DNA of 64,000 nucleotides from an uncultured Candidatus Saccharibacteria bacterium (GCA_964512315.1 CAZEIK010000001.1:20408-84407); one strand, 5' to 3'; positions 49,210 to 59,642 are shown, numbered from the stretch's first letter. The notes: generated by a model not told the origin, from the sequence alone. Translations and numbers: made by a program.

Positions 49210-49707
49210 ATGAAATACACCATATTCCCATTAGGCAACCCAGGTAGTGAATATGAATACACTAGACATAATGCAGCGAGGATTGCTTTTAGGAATGCTA
49301 ACTTAGAAGACACTGGTGCAGAATTAGTAACGCCTGATTGTTATATGAATGAGTCTGGAAGATTTGTTAAGTCTTATCTTAAATATCGCAATAATTGTAT
49401 ACCGGTGATTGTATACGACGACATAGACTTGCCGCTAGCCAAGATTAAGATAAGCTTTGGTCGTAGTGCAGGAGGGCATAATGGTGTGCAGAATGTTATA
49501 GATGAGCTAGGCACTGAGGACTTTGTGCGTATACGAATCGGCATTGGTGGCAAGCCACACAAAGAGATGCTCTTGCAGGATTATGTAATATCAAAGTTAT
49601 CCAAAGAAGAAGTGGAGATTCTAAAGGCCTTAGGTAAAAGCTTATCTGATATTGTCGCAACAATAGTAAAAAGTGGAGTGGACAAAGCAATGGAGAAGTA
49701 TAACTAA
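49210..49707 (+). CDS. pth: peptidyl-tRNA hydrolase
   Basis: GNPGSEYEYTRHN motif. Confidence 0.85.
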   Translation: MKYTIFPLGNPGSEYEYTRHNAARIAFRNANLEDTGAELVTPDCYMNESGRFVKSYLKYRNNCIPVIVYDDIDLPLAKIKISFGRSAGGHNGVQNVIDELGTEDFVRIRIGIGGKPHKEMLLQDYVISKLSKEEVEILKALGKSLSDIVATIVKSGVDKAMEKYN

Positions 49708-49718
49708 GATAGAATAAC

Positions 49719-49748
49719 AAAAGGCCGCGCGAAGCGCGGCCTTTTGTT
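49719..49748. terminator. bidirectional terminator (AAAAGGCCGCGC-GAA-GCGCGGCCTTTT)
   Basis: perfect inverted repeat between convergent pth and rpsA. Confidence 0.8.
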
Positions 49749-49753
49749 ATTAT

Positions 49754-50833
49754 TTACTTAGACTCTTTTAATACCAATGTCATCTTCTGCTCAGACGCAT
49801 CGAATAGTGAGATTTCGAATTTGTACATCTTACCAAGAGAAACCTTCTCTCTCATTTTCTCTTCAGATCCAAAGTCAGAAATATGCATAAGACCAGCTAC
49901 ACCTTCTTCAACAGACACAAGGGCTCCGTGTTTGTTGAACTTGATAACAAGCCCAGAAACAACATCACCTTTTTTGTATTTGTTAGTAGCCTCTTTCCAA
50001 GGGTTCTCGCGCATAGTCTTAATAGAAAGTGAAACTTTACCAGCCTTAACTTCTATTACTTTAGCTTTGATAGTGTCACCAACCTTTGCATGATTGTGTG
50101 TATCTTCTACTAGACCCCAGTCGATCTCTGACTTGTGCACTAGTCCTTCTGATCCGTCTTTTAATTTGACGAATATACCGAATTCAACAACACCAGTCAC
50201 AACACCTTCTACAACATCACCAACCTCATACTTAGCGTTAGTCTCATTAACAACCTCATCAAGATCTATCTTTTCGTTACCATCAACACCTTTTTGGCTG
50301 AATATAAGCTTGCCTTCTTTTGGTTGAGCTGAGATGATATTCATCGATAAACGTTTGCCGATAAGCTTCTTAAGAGCAATCATAATCTTATCCTTGTCTC
50401 CATCTTCTACACGAGGATAGTTCTTCTCATCAAGTTGTGAAGCAGGCAAGAATCCTTGTATGCTTTGCCATTCAACGATAAGACCACCTTTGTTAGCATC
50501 CTTAACAACAATATCAAGTACACGCTTGTCTCTGATTGCGGCTTCTGCCTCACTCCAGATAATAGCTTGTCTTGCCTCCTTTAGAGATAGCTCAACATAA
50601 CCATCCTCATTCTCAGTTAAGATTACTTTAGCACTAATAACATCACCGATGTTGATGCGTTTGATAATCTCACGAGCGTTGATGTACTCACTACCGTATA
50701 TAATACCTGTTCCTAGTGGTCCAAGGTCAACATATACAGCTGAGCGGTCAATTGTTATAACTGTACCCTCAACAACATCTTCGTAGTTAAGTGTTTTTGA
50801 ATTTTCTAATAATTTTTCAGCAATAGTTTGCAT
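49754..50833 (-). CDS. rpsA: 30S ribosomal protein S1 (multiple S1 domains)
   Basis: repeated S1 OB-fold units; internal Met chosen as start. Confidence 0.8.
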   Translation of the reverse strand: MQTIAEKLLENSKTLNYEDVVEGTVITIDRSAVYVDLGPLGTGIIYGSEYINAREIIKRINIGDVISAKVILTENEDGYVELSLKEARQAIIWSEAEAAIRDKRVLDIVVKDANKGGLIVEWQSIQGFLPASQLDEKNYPRVEDGDKDKIMIALKKLIGKRLSMNIISAQPKEGKLIFSQKGVDGNEKIDLDEVVNETNAKYEVGDVVEGVVTGVVEFGIFVKLKDGSEGLVHKSEIDWGLVEDTHNHAKVGDTIKAKVIEVKAGKVSLSIKTMRENPWKEATNKYKKGDVVSGLVIKFNKHGALVSVEEGVAGLMHISDFGSEEKMREKVSLGKMYKFEISLFDASEQKMTLVLKESK

Positions 50834-50975
50834 ATAAAATAAAAATTTTCCGCACGCGAACGGAAAAGTGTAATGCGTGCTCGTGGCCGGTCTAGTTTTT
50901 CCATTTCTGAATACTTCTAGGGTTATCGATCTCGAGTTGGTTATTAAAAATAACTTAAATACAATAATACCACAC

Positions 50976-51004
50976 TTGACTAGTATTTTCAATGGGTGTA
51001 AAAT
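50976..51004 (+). promoter_or_regulatory. sigma70-like promoter TTGACT-17-TAAAAT
   Basis: near-consensus hexamers, 17 bp spacer, lies in the rpsA/MBL intergenic region. Confidence 0.5.
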
Positions 51005-51010
51005 ATTGTC

Positions 51011-51098
51011 ACTGCGGTTCGAGAGGAGGTGATCTTAAGAGCGCAGTACCCCCGAGGTGGCCAACGACGTGAGTCGTAAGCCACCTCATTTTATTTTA
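51011..51098 (+). ncRNA. candidate ~90 nt small RNA or 5' leader with its own promoter and intrinsic terminator
   Basis: 5' hairpin ACTGCG...CGCAGT enclosing GGAGGTGATC (a perfect anti-16S-tail sequence) and a palindromic TCTTAAGA; 3' hairpin GAGGTGGC-[CGAC GUGA GUCG]-GCCACCTC + AUUUUAUUUUAU. Confidence 0.35.
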
Positions 51099-51116
51099 TG
51101 ATATAATATTCTCACT

Positions 51117-51740
51117 ATGATTATTACTTATCACGGCAAAGGTCATGTTAAATTGGTAACAGGTGACACAACTATTGCCCTAGGACCAGTATCCAAAGAT
51201 TCAAAGAAAAGACAGACAAAGTATGGTGCAGATCTAGCGATGATACCTATTAATCATGTTGATTATAATGGAGCTGATAATGTAACACATGGTAACAAGG
51301 AGCCATTTGTAATTAAGAGTGCTGGTGAGTTCGAGGTGTCGGGAATATTTATTAATGGATTTGCCGAGAAGGTTACGCGTGAGGGTAAGGAGTATATGAC
51401 TAACAGTTATGTGTTTAATTTTGACGGTATACGTGTTGTGTACTTGGGTCAGATACAAGATCAATTAAAGCCAGAACACAAAGAGATAATTGACGAGGTG
51501 GATGTACTGTTCGTCCCGGTTGGTGGAGATGGAGAATCTCTTAATGCGTACGATGCAGCAAAGCTTGCGACAGCTTTGGAGCCAAAAATTATTATTCCAA
51601 TTGACCACAATGAGAAGACTTTACCAGTATTTATGAAAGAAATGGGTGCAGAAGGAACTCAAGCTGTAGACAAGTTAACAATAAAGAAAAAAGACATAAT
51701 GGAGAAGCAGGGTGAGGTGGTATTAATTGAAGAGATGTAA
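51117..51740 (+). CDS. MBL-fold metallo-hydrolase (UPF0173-like)
   Basis: MIITYHGKGHVKL N-terminus typical of small MBL-fold hydrolases; no SD and start only ~20 nt after the upstream terminator. Confidence 0.5.
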   Translation: MIITYHGKGHVKLVTGDTTIALGPVSKDSKKRQTKYGADLAMIPINHVDYNGADNVTHGNKEPFVIKSAGEFEVSGIFINGFAEKVTREGKEYMTNSYVFNFDGIRVVYLGQIQDQLKPEHKEIIDEVDVLFVPVGGDGESLNAYDAAKLATALEPKIIIPIDHNEKTLPVFMKEMGAEGTQAVDKLTIKKKDIMEKQGEVVLIEEM

Positions 51741-51741
51741 T

Positions 51742-52134
51742 ATGGCAATCTTACGCAAGTATTTAGAATATCTGAAGCGTGAGAGAAAAGAAATACAAAA
51801 AGTTCATGCTGTTTTTGTTGCAGCAATAATGACGGCATTTTTTACGGGTATTTACTTATATGTTCTGTACGACATAACTCCACCAAAGCCAGAGATTAGT
51901 TTCAATCAAAGTCATATCTATGTAAGAGATCCTAATTCTGATTTTATTAATAACAATACTATAAATGACATTCAGGTAGACAACAGTGAATATTATGCGA
52001 AGCAGAATGAGAACAAGTTAACTGGAATATTAGATAGGTTTGCAAATGCTTTTGTTGGCTTCCAAGCGGAGATAGAAAATTTGAAGCAAGTATTGCAATC
52101 AGAGAAGACTTATAAAGCGGAAACAGTGGAATAA
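51742..52134 (+). CDS. hypothetical single-TM protein
   Basis: ORF with one TM helix and coiled-coil C-terminus. Confidence 0.35.
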   Translation: MAILRKYLEYLKRERKEIQKVHAVFVAAIMTAFFTGIYLYVLYDITPPKPEISFNQSHIYVRDPNSDFINNNTINDIQVDNSEYYAKQNENKLTGILDRFANAFVGFQAEIENLKQVLQSEKTYKAETVE

Positions 52135-52170
52135 TTAGCGCTTTTTGTGTTATAATGTATAGACAAAAAT

Positions 52171-54642
52171 ATGGCAAAAACTAGAGAAGAGCAAGGTCAA
52201 AATGAAGACGAAAACAAGCCAATAACAGGTATAATAAATGCTCCTATAGTTGAGGAGATGCGCAAGAGCTATCTTGATTATGCGATGAGCGTTATTACAA
52301 GCCGCGCCTTGCCTGATGCGAGAGACGGTCTCAAGCCAGTACATCGTCGCATATTGTACAGTATGTATAAGAATGGACTTTCTCCATCTGCTAAGTTCAA
52401 GAAGTCAGCTACAGTAGTAGGAGATGTACTAGGAGCATATCACCCTCATGGTGATGCGTCTGTGTATGATGCTATGGTGCAACTTGCTCAAGATTTCAAG
52501 TCAAGATATCCTCTCGTGCTCGGTCAAGGTAACTTCGGATCAATAGATGGTGACGGTGCTGCTGCCTACAGGTATACAGAGGCTAAGATGAGTAAGGTTG
52601 CAGCTGAGATGATGCAAGACATAGAGAAGGAGACTGTAGACATGAGGCCTAACTATGACGGTAGCAAACGCGAGCCAGTGGTACTTCCAACAACAGTGCC
52701 AGGGTTACTACTTAATGGAACTTTGGGTATTGCTGTAGGTATGGCTACCAACATCCCGCCACATAACCTGGGTGAAGTAATAGACGCAGCCACACATTTG
52801 ATAGATAACAAAGATGCAACTATTGATGATCTGGCTTCTTTTATAAAGGGTCCGGACTTCCCAACTGGAGGATTAGTGTTCGGCGAGTCAGATATTAAGC
52901 ATGCTTATGCGACAGGACGTGGCGGAATGCTCTGTCGTGGTGAAGCGGAAATAGTTGAGACCAAGAATGGAATGTTCCAAATTGTTATCACTTCTATTCC
53001 ATTTCGTGTTGTTAAGGCGAACCTTCTAGAGAGAATAGGAGAGTTGGTGGGTGAGAAGAAAATAGAAGGTATCAAAGATATACGTGACGAGTCTACTACA
53101 GACATACGTATTGTTATAGACCTAAAGAGCAATTCTCAACCAGAGAAGATTTTGAATTATCTATACAAGCATACCGATCTTGAGACAACTTTCCACATGA
53201 ACATGGTAGCTCTTGTTAAGGGTGTACCACAGACTCTTTCTATTAAGGGTGCTTTGTCAGAATTCTTGGACCATAGAAAAGAAGTCGTTCGTCGCAGATG
53301 CGAGTTCGATTTGAAGCGTGCTCTTGAGCGTGAGCATATATTGTTAGGACTTAAGAAGGCTCTCGATCATATAGACGAGATAATACAGACTATTAAAAAG
53401 TCCAAAGATACCCCTGATGCACACGCGCAGTTGATGAAGAAGTTCGGCTTTTCTCCAATTCAGGCTACAGCTATTCTTGAAATGAAATTGCAGCGTCTAG
53501 CTGGACTTGAGCGCAAGAAAATAGAGGATGAGCTCAAGGCTGTACAAGAGCTGATCGAGGAGTTGCGTGCAATACTTGCTAGCGAGAAGAAAATGCTCAA
53601 GATCATTAAGGATGAGTTGGTTGAGGTTAAGAAGTTATATGGCGACGAGAGACGTACCAAGGTAGTTAAGCACAAAGCCAAAGACTTTAACCCAGAAGAC
53701 CTGATCGCTGAGAAGGAGGCCGTGCTAGTTTATACCAAGGGTGGTTATATTAAGCGTACTGATCCAGAGGAGTTCAGAACACAGAAGCGTGGAGGAGTTG
53801 GTGTGGTTGATCTCGATACAAAAGAGGAGGACTTCGTTTCTATATCGCTCACCGCTTCGACTCATGCCGACATGTTATTCTTCACCGACAAAGGTAAGGC
53901 TTATCAGATCAAGATGTATGAATTACCAGAAGGTAAGCGTGCCACAAGAGGTAAGAGCATAATGAATTTCTTACAACTAACAGAAGGTGAGAAGGTTACA
54001 AGTATATTAGAAGTCGACAAAGACAAAGACTATTCAGCGCTAAGTATTATGATGGTGACTAAGAATGGTGTTGCCAAGAAATGCGCAGCTGAAAGCTTTA
54101 AAGATGTACGCAGAAGTGGAATCATCGCTATTCGTCTCGAGGATGCTGACGAGTTGGTTACTACAATACTAACAGGTGAAGGTGATAGCGTGATACTGAC
54201 TTCTCAAGACGGTCAATCGATCAGATTCGCCGAGAGCGATGTGCGTGAGATGGGTCGTACTGCAGGAGGAGTAACAGCAATGAAGCTAGACAAGGGTGAC
54301 GTGATAGTTAGCGCTCAAGTAATAGATGCTAGCAACAAAAAAGCCAAGCTTCTTATATTAACTGCTAATGGTTACGGCAAGATGACTGAGATAACTGAGT
54401 ACAAGATACAAAAGCGCGCTGGTAGCGGTATCAAGACTGTAAAAGTAACAGACAAAACTGGTAAGTTGGTAGTAGCTAGAATTGTAGGTGAAGGTACAGA
54501 AGAGATATTAGCTATTTCTAAAGCTTCTCAAGTTATCAAGACTGAACTTGCGACTATCCCGACACTAGGACGCGATACACAAGGCGTGCGTGTTATGAAG
54601 TTACGCGAAGGCGACTCAATTGCTGGGTTAAATCTTCTTTAA
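52171..54642 (+). CDS. gyrA: DNA gyrase subunit A
   Basis: AAMRYTE active-site Tyr region, QRDR motif, C-terminal beta-pinwheel repeats. Confidence 0.9.
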   Translation: MAKTREEQGQNEDENKPITGIINAPIVEEMRKSYLDYAMSVITSRALPDARDGLKPVHRRILYSMYKNGLSPSAKFKKSATVVGDVLGAYHPHGDASVYDAMVQLAQDFKSRYPLVLGQGNFGSIDGDGAAAYRYTEAKMSKVAAEMMQDIEKETVDMRPNYDGSKREPVVLPTTVPGLLLNGTLGIAVGMATNIPPHNLGEVIDAATHLIDNKDATIDDLASFIKGPDFPTGGLVFGESDIKHAYATGRGGMLCRGEAEIVETKNGMFQIVITSIPFRVVKANLLERIGELVGEKKIEGIKDIRDESTTDIRIVIDLKSNSQPEKILNYLYKHTDLETTFHMNMVALVKGVPQTLSIKGALSEFLDHRKEVVRRRCEFDLKRALEREHILLGLKKALDHIDEIIQTIKKSKDTPDAHAQLMKKFGFSPIQATAILEMKLQRLAGLERKKIEDELKAVQELIEELRAILASEKKMLKIIKDELVEVKKLYGDERRTKVVKHKAKDFNPEDLIAEKEAVLVYTKGGYIKRTDPEEFRTQKRGGVGVVDLDTKEEDFVSISLTASTHADMLFFTDKGKAYQIKMYELPEGKRATRGKSIMNFLQLTEGEKVTSILEVDKDKDYSALSIMMVTKNGVAKKCAAESFKDVRRSGIIAIRLEDADELVTTILTGEGDSVILTSQDGQSIRFAESDVREMGRTAGGVTAMKLDKGDVIVSAQVIDASNKKAKLLILTANGYGKMTEITEYKIQKRAGSGIKTVKVTDKTGKLVVARIVGEGTEEILAISKASQVIKTELATIPTLGRDTQGVRVMKLREGDSIAGLNLL

Positions 54643-54851
54643 TTCACGCTTACTATTTTGTGGGGGTGGAGGTGGCCGCTGACTATTTTGATATTGGAGT
54701 TAGGGTGATGCTCACGAAGAATTTCTAATAGTCTCTGATTGGCGAGTCCGCGCTCCGCAGGAGCGCGGACTGATATCTCATACAACTCACTATTTATAAC
54801 TTTAAAAGAGTCATCTTTTGCGTCCGGTCGTAGATGTATCTTTATATACAT
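54639..54851 (-). CDS. DUF167 (YggU-like) small protein
   Basis: 70 aa, conserved IVSG-x-L-x-P-x-KIV motif typical of UPF0235/DUF167. Confidence 0.45.
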   Translation of the reverse strand: MYIKIHLRPDAKDDSFKVINSELYEISVRAPAERGLANQRLLEILREHHPNSNIKIVSGHLHPHKIVSVN

Positions 54852-54879
54852 GTGTATACTTTATCATAAAATAATTTCC

Positions 54880-55030
54880 CTCTTATCCCCTTCCATATAT
54901 ATATATATATATATATACTCAAAACATGAGACATCATGTTCGAGGTTTTACTTTACTAGAGTTAATAGTAGTAATAGCTATAATAGGTGTATTGTCAGTA
55001 ATAATAATACCTTCATTCAAAACAGCATTA
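54880..55030 (+). repeat. copy 2 of the duplicated pilin promoter + 5' CDS cassette
   Basis: ~85% identity to 43095-43245 including the TTATCCCCTTCC box and first ~35 codons. Confidence 0.7.
54895..54917 (+). repeat. (AT)11 dinucleotide microsatellite in the pilin promoter, 8 nt upstream of the ATG
   Basis: uninterrupted ATATAT... 23 nt; the paralogous copy at 43107-43128 is interrupted by C. Confidence 0.9.
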
Positions 55031-55699
55031 AGTAGAGCTAATGATACAAAGTTAAAACAAAATATTACCAACATAATAAAAAGGTATGATGTAATTGCAA
55101 AATGGGAGTTAGAAGAAGGGTTCGGTAATATTGCCAAAGACACATCTATCAATCAAATAGATAATACAATACAGAATAATGCCACGATACCAGGCTCAGG
55201 AGTGACTTGGTCTACAGACACATATGCTAGCTCTTCACAGTATTCACTCGCATTTAATGGTACTAACTATTTAACTACAGTTAATAATACTTATCCAAAA
55301 TTAGATGGTTCGTCATTCTCTTTTTCGCTTTGGTTCAAGAGAACTGGAGGATTTGGTGTGGGAGACAGAATGCTTTTAGCTAAGGGCACCCATGGGACAA
55401 GGCAGTGTCTTGCTGTTGGATTTAGAGATGATGAGTTGATGATAGGTCCATGGGGTCCTGAGTATATGACAGGATTGCGTATTACGGATCAGAATTGGCA
55501 TAATCTTATGTTTAGTTTTGACGCTAGCACAAACATTGTGACCGCCTATGTAGACAACAGATTAATTGGACGAGGTAACTGGGGAGGGTCACTAGCAAAC
55601 ACAGATTCATATCCGCTAAGGATTGGTACTTATGGTGGTGGTAACTTTATAGGTAACATCGACGATGTTTATTATTTTAAAGATCTTATCGTTAAGTAA
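54926..55699 (+). CDS. type IV pilin-like protein with LamG/concanavalin-like domain (paralog of 43138-43932)
   Basis: identical MR..VRGFTLLELIVVIAIIGVLSVIIIPSF N-terminus; shared downstream blocks (GSGVT-S-TY-SSS, DG-SFS-S-W-K-T, NWH, YVD, DD-FFD). Confidence 0.7.
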   Translation: MRHHVRGFTLLELIVVIAIIGVLSVIIIPSFKTALSRANDTKLKQNITNIIKRYDVIAKWELEEGFGNIAKDTSINQIDNTIQNNATIPGSGVTWSTDTYASSSQYSLAFNGTNYLTTVNNTYPKLDGSSFSFSLWFKRTGGFGVGDRMLLAKGTHGTRQCLAVGFRDDELMIGPWGPEYMTGLRITDQNWHNLMFSFDASTNIVTAYVDNRLIGRGNWGGSLANTDSYPLRIGTYGGGNFIGNIDDVYYFKDLIVK

Positions 55700-55754
55700 A
55701 ATCTTGTGAACATATAAGTTTTACTGTTTTGTTTTGATGGTATAATTTTGTTAT

Positions 55755-56273
55755 ATGGCATTTCTGTCCCCAAGACAAATGGTTGACTTGTTAGACATAA
55801 CACCAGGGTCTACGGTGGTGGATTTGGGGTCTGGATCTGGAGCTTATGTGTATGAAGTTTGCAAAGTTAATGGCCCGCATGGAAGAGTAATAGCAGTAGA
55901 TATAGACAGAGATAAGTTACAAATGGTTGATTCCGCAGCTAAGATAGGCGGCTACAAAATAGATACATTACTAGCTGACCTAGATAAAAGCATTATTTTG
56001 CCTGATTATTTTGCTGATTACATTATCCTCGCTAACACTTTACACTTGGTTGATAACAAGCTTGGACTACTGCGTGAGTGCGCAAGAATGCTTTCTCCTA
56101 CTGGTTACATGTTGTTGGTTGACTGGAGTTCTGATTCTAATTTGGGACCAAAGAGTGATAAACTAGACAAGACGTCCCTTGTGGCATCTCTGGCTGCGGC
56201 CAAGTTACGTGTGAGACGCGAACTACCAGCCGGGGATCATCATTTTGGATTTATAATAGAACCGCTAAAATAA
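55755..56273 (+). CDS. class I SAM-dependent methyltransferase
   Basis: VVDLGSGSG motif I, acidic motif II (VDID), 172 aa. Confidence 0.6.
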   Translation: MAFLSPRQMVDLLDITPGSTVVDLGSGSGAYVYEVCKVNGPHGRVIAVDIDRDKLQMVDSAAKIGGYKIDTLLADLDKSIILPDYFADYIILANTLHLVDNKLGLLRECARMLSPTGYMLLVDWSSDSNLGPKSDKLDKTSLVASLAAAKLRVRRELPAGDHHFGFIIEPLK

Positions 56274-56274
56274 A

Positions 56275-57627
56275 ATGGACAAACCAAATATATTTAAAAT
56301 AGTAACAGTAGGAATAGGATTATTCATAGGAATATTTGCTATATTAGTTTTTAGTGGCAAGATACCAGGGTTAAGTAACTCCTCAACGGCTAATGCTAAT
56401 AAGCCAACGATAAATGTTTGGGGCACTATACCTGAGGACGCCTTTACTTCTGCTGCTTCAGAGATGTCTATTAGGACTGGTAAGCAGACATCTATTGCTT
56501 ATACATATATACCAGCTGAGCAATTCGCAGACAAGCTTTCTCGCGCTGTTGCGGTTAATTCTGCACCGGACCTAGTGCTAGCTCAGCATGACATATTGCT
56601 ATCAGTTAATAGCTTGCTGTACCCAATGTCTTATACTTACATGTCAGAATTGGAGTACAAAGACACTTTTGTAGACGCGACTCATGCATTTGCTTTGCCA
56701 TTCGGTGCCGTATTTTATCCAGTCTTAATCGACCCAGTAATCACTTTTTACAATCGTGGCATGTTAAGTCAAAAAGGTTTTACAACACCAGTTAAGACTT
56801 GGAATGATTTGGCAAAGTATCAAAAAGAGTTAACTGAGTACGATGTGAGTGGCAAGCCGAAACAGAGCGCTTTTGCAATAGGTGCTTACTTGAATGTTGC
56901 ATACGCCAAAGATATCTTAATGGCTATGATTATGCAGTTGGGCCATATTCCAGTTACTGCTATTTTCTACACAGATGCTAGTAACAAAATTGTCGGTAAT
57001 ATTAATACTGACGTCGGACTGGGTACAACAGGTGACGATACTGTTCCGGACTTGGTTAAGTTGCTCCGCTTCCAATCAGCCTTTAGCGACCCACAGAAGA
57101 CAACATTTACTTGGAGTGAGTCAGGTGACAGAGATATAAGCATGTTCTCAAGAGGACAATTGGCATTCTATTTTGGAAGAGCTAGTGACATGAATAAAGT
57201 TAGAGGTGTAAATAAAAACATAGATATAGGTATTACTTACTTCCCGCAATTCTCTGGCTCTAGTTTGGTTGTTACAAGTGGTTCAATATATGGAGCCGCT
57301 CCTGTTAAGACAACGTCTGATCCCGTTTATGCAATCTCAGTTGCTAGAAAGTTCTCAGATAATGTATTCTCGTCCGTGCTCTCTAGTGTGTTAGGTATGT
57401 CTTCAGCGAGACGTGACGTTCTGGCTGGTACTGATGGATCCGAGAGGGCAGAAGTCGTCGGTAGAAGTGCCCTAATTATGAAGAGTTTCTATGATCCTAA
57501 TCCTATCAACTCTAGCGCTCTGGTTAGAGGTCTGTATGACAATATATTATCGGGGCGCAAGTCAATATCAGAAGCGGTGGATGCATTTGATAGAGACTGG
57601 TCAAAATTATATACTAGTAACAAATAA
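56275..57627 (+). CDS. N-terminally anchored extracytoplasmic solute-binding-protein-like protein (SBP family 1-like)
   Basis: TM/signal anchor, then alpha/beta pattern resembling ABC substrate-binding proteins; no cognate permease or ATPase adjacent. Confidence 0.45.
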   Translation: MDKPNIFKIVTVGIGLFIGIFAILVFSGKIPGLSNSSTANANKPTINVWGTIPEDAFTSAASEMSIRTGKQTSIAYTYIPAEQFADKLSRAVAVNSAPDLVLAQHDILLSVNSLLYPMSYTYMSELEYKDTFVDATHAFALPFGAVFYPVLIDPVITFYNRGMLSQKGFTTPVKTWNDLAKYQKELTEYDVSGKPKQSAFAIGAYLNVAYAKDILMAMIMQLGHIPVTAIFYTDASNKIVGNINTDVGLGTTGDDTVPDLVKLLRFQSAFSDPQKTTFTWSESGDRDISMFSRGQLAFYFGRASDMNKVRGVNKNIDIGITYFPQFSGSSLVVTSGSIYGAAPVKTTSDPVYAISVARKFSDNVFSSVLSSVLGMSSARRDVLAGTDGSERAEVVGRSALIMKSFYDPNPINSSALVRGLYDNILSGRKSISEAVDAFDRDWSKLYTSNK

Positions 57628-57632
57628 AAATT

Positions 57633-58316
57633 ATGCCAGCTGATACAATAGACGGAAACACAACTAAGCTAGTAACTTGCGGTAATGTAGATCAGAAAGT
57701 TTGTCAGTTGTCGGATTTGTTTTCTGTGGCTAATTTGTTCGCAGAATATGTAATCAAGTTTTTCTTACCAACACTTTTCTTCGTCGGACTGTTCTTAACT
57801 TTTTGGCCTATAATTAAGAATCCGAGTTCAGCTGAAGCCTTAGCCGAAGCAAAAGGTAGATTCATTAAGCTATTAATAGGAACAGTCGTAGTGGTGGGGG
57901 CGTATCTTATTGTTAGGGTGGTTCTTCTGAGTATTGGAGTAGACAGCGGATCAGGTGTACTTCAAAAAGCTGTAGGCGGCAAGCCTTCTCTTAACGTTCC
58001 ATTTATAGAAAGAGTTTATGCAGCAGAAGACACTGAGAATACTGGTAAGTTCAATAATCCACTAGACTCTGTGTCTATTCAAACAGTAGTAGCCGGTATT
58101 GCGAACATTGTAGTTTATCTTGGTACTATTGGCGTTATTTATCTCTATATAAGAGGTGCTATGTATTTGGTTATGAGTCAAGAAAGGCCCGAGAATCTTT
58201 CCAAAGGTAAAAAGTATATATTTTGGGCTACGGTAATAGGGCTATGTATTTTTGGTGCTGAGATGATATATACTACTCTTGTAGATACAACCAATTCAAT
58301 TTTTAAAACTAAGTAA
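57633..58316 (+). CDS. tandem double 2-TM hairpin membrane protein (first and largest member of the hairpin family)
   Basis: two consecutive TM-loop-TM units; the second (GKKYIFWATVIGLCIFGAEMIYTTL) matches the family core. Confidence 0.4.
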   Translation: MPADTIDGNTTKLVTCGNVDQKVCQLSDLFSVANLFAEYVIKFFLPTLFFVGLFLTFWPIIKNPSSAEALAEAKGRFIKLLIGTVVVVGAYLIVRVVLLSIGVDSGSGVLQKAVGGKPSLNVPFIERVYAAEDTENTGKFNNPLDSVSIQTVVAGIANIVVYLGTIGVIYLYIRGAMYLVMSQERPENLSKGKKYIFWATVIGLCIFGAEMIYTTLVDTTNSIFKTK

Positions 58317-58319
58317 CAT

Positions 58320-58733
58320 ATGCTGAAAAACATTACAGATCTATTCGACGGACTTAACAAATTAATAGGTGGAGGAGTCACTACATTTTTAATGGGGCTA
58401 GCTTTTGTAGCCTTCCTCTTATCTATTATTAATTTTATTTGGAAGAGAAGGTCAGGAGATGGTGACGGTGTGCAAGATGCCAAGAACATGTTGGGCTGGA
58501 GTATTGTGGCGCTGTTTGTGATGACGGCGGTGTGGGGGTTGGTTACTTTTATAAGTTCTGCTCTGGGCGTGGACGGTCAGACAAGTATCAAACGCCCTCA
58601 GACAGTATTCACAAGCAGCTCGACTAACACAACAGGTAAAAAAGCAGCAGGTGAGACTTGTACAAACAACTCTGATTGTCAGAGTAATAGTTGTTACTTA
58701 GAAAAAACTTTAAGCAAGTACACTTGCCAATAA
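58320..58733 (+). CDS. 2-TM hairpin mini-protein, family member with Cys4 C-terminal tail
   Basis: TM1, loop KRRSGDGDGVQDAKNMLGW, TM2 SIVALFVMTAVWGLVTFIS; tail CTNNSDCQSNSC...KYTCQ. Confidence 0.5.
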   Translation: MLKNITDLFDGLNKLIGGGVTTFLMGLAFVAFLLSIINFIWKRRSGDGDGVQDAKNMLGWSIVALFVMTAVWGLVTFISSALGVDGQTSIKRPQTVFTSSSTNTTGKKAAGETCTNNSDCQSNSCYLEKTLSKYTCQ

Positions 58734-58746
58734 TTAATAAAATTCT

Positions 58747-59241
58747 ATGAAAAAAATAATTACAACTTTATCAATATTATCACTAGTTCAAGTAGTAGCG
58801 GCTCAGCAAGTTCTGAATAATGTCGAGACCATAGTCACAAAGTCATCCGGCATTATCGGTAGTGGAGTAACAGGCCTATTAATGGGTGTTACTTTTGTGG
58901 TGTTCCTAATATCTATCATTACATTCTTATTAAAGAGAAGATCTGGAGACGACAAGGGTCTACAAGATGCCAAGAATATGTTGGGCTGGAGCGTGATTGC
59001 TATGTTCGTTATGGTTGCTGTGTGGGGCTTGGTTACATTTATTTCTCAGACTTTTAATATAGGGCTCGGCGGGCAAGTTGCCAGACCTTCTGCTATCCCT
59101 ATAGAGAAAAATTCTAATCAACCTGGCGATACCCCAGGTTCTGGGTTAGGAGCTGTTGGTTCTGTTTGTAGTCAGCCCTCAGATTGTTTGAGTGGTAAGT
59201 GTACTGCAGCAGCTAATTCTTCTATAAAGACCTGTGATTAG
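58747..59241 (+). CDS. 2-TM hairpin mini-protein with signal peptide and Cys4 C-terminal tail
   Basis: signal peptide ...VVAAQQ; core KRRSGDDKGLQDAKNMLGWSVIAMFVMVAVWGLVTFIS; tail CSQPSDCLSGKC...KTCD. Confidence 0.5.
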   Translation: MKKIITTLSILSLVQVVAAQQVLNNVETIVTKSSGIIGSGVTGLLMGVTFVVFLISIITFLLKRRSGDDKGLQDAKNMLGWSVIAMFVMVAVWGLVTFISQTFNIGLGGQVARPSAIPIEKNSNQPGDTPGSGLGAVGSVCSQPSDCLSGKCTAAANSSIKTCD

Positions 59242-59243
59242 TT

Positions 59244-59555
59244 ATGACCACTTTAAAAGATTCTGTTAACTCAATAAGTGACTTCGTAGGTAACACTATT
59301 ACCAGCTTGCTTCTAACTGTTGCTGTTGCGGCATTCTTTTGGTCAGTAGTGATGTTTCTCTTCAATAGATCAAGAGGTAACACTGACGCGATGCAGGATG
59401 CTAAGAATAAGTTGCTGTGGAGTATTATCGGGCTATTTGTAATGTTTTCTATTTGGGGCATTATTACCTTTTTCCAAGAAGGTTTTGGAATAAAAGATAA
59501 AAACACTGTAAAAGTACCAAGTATTGAGGCTAGTTCTAACTCAGAGAGTAATTAA
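59244..59555 (+). CDS. 2-TM hairpin mini-protein, Ser-rich tail
   Basis: core NRSRGNTDAMQDAKNKLLWSIIGLFVMFSIWGIITFF. Confidence 0.5.
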   Translation: MTTLKDSVNSISDFVGNTITSLLLTVAVAAFFWSVVMFLFNRSRGNTDAMQDAKNKLLWSIIGLFVMFSIWGIITFFQEGFGIKDKNTVKVPSIEASSNSESN

Positions 59556-59642
59556 TACTTTAAGGGTTAAAGTGGACAAGCTATTGCTTATTAAAATTAA
59601 TATAGATACACTTAAGACTATACATATAGTATTTGTAAAATT

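Noticed and set aside
50995-51100. Interpreting the structured element as SRP RNA, RNase P RNA, tmRNA, or a TPP/fluoride/ZTP riboswitch
   Set aside because: None of the conserved cores of these families (SRP domain IV GGAAGGAAGCAGC, RNase P CR regions, tmRNA tag ORF and T-arm, TPP CUGAGA box) are present. It is kept only as an unclassified candidate.
54739-55152. ORFs 54739-55035 (+) and 54934-55152 (-), and the analogous 43095-43358 (-), spanning the duplicated pilin promoter/5' cassette
   Set aside because: They run through the (TA)n tract and antisense to the pilin leader. Their apparent conservation between the two loci comes from the duplicated pilin cassette, not independent coding.
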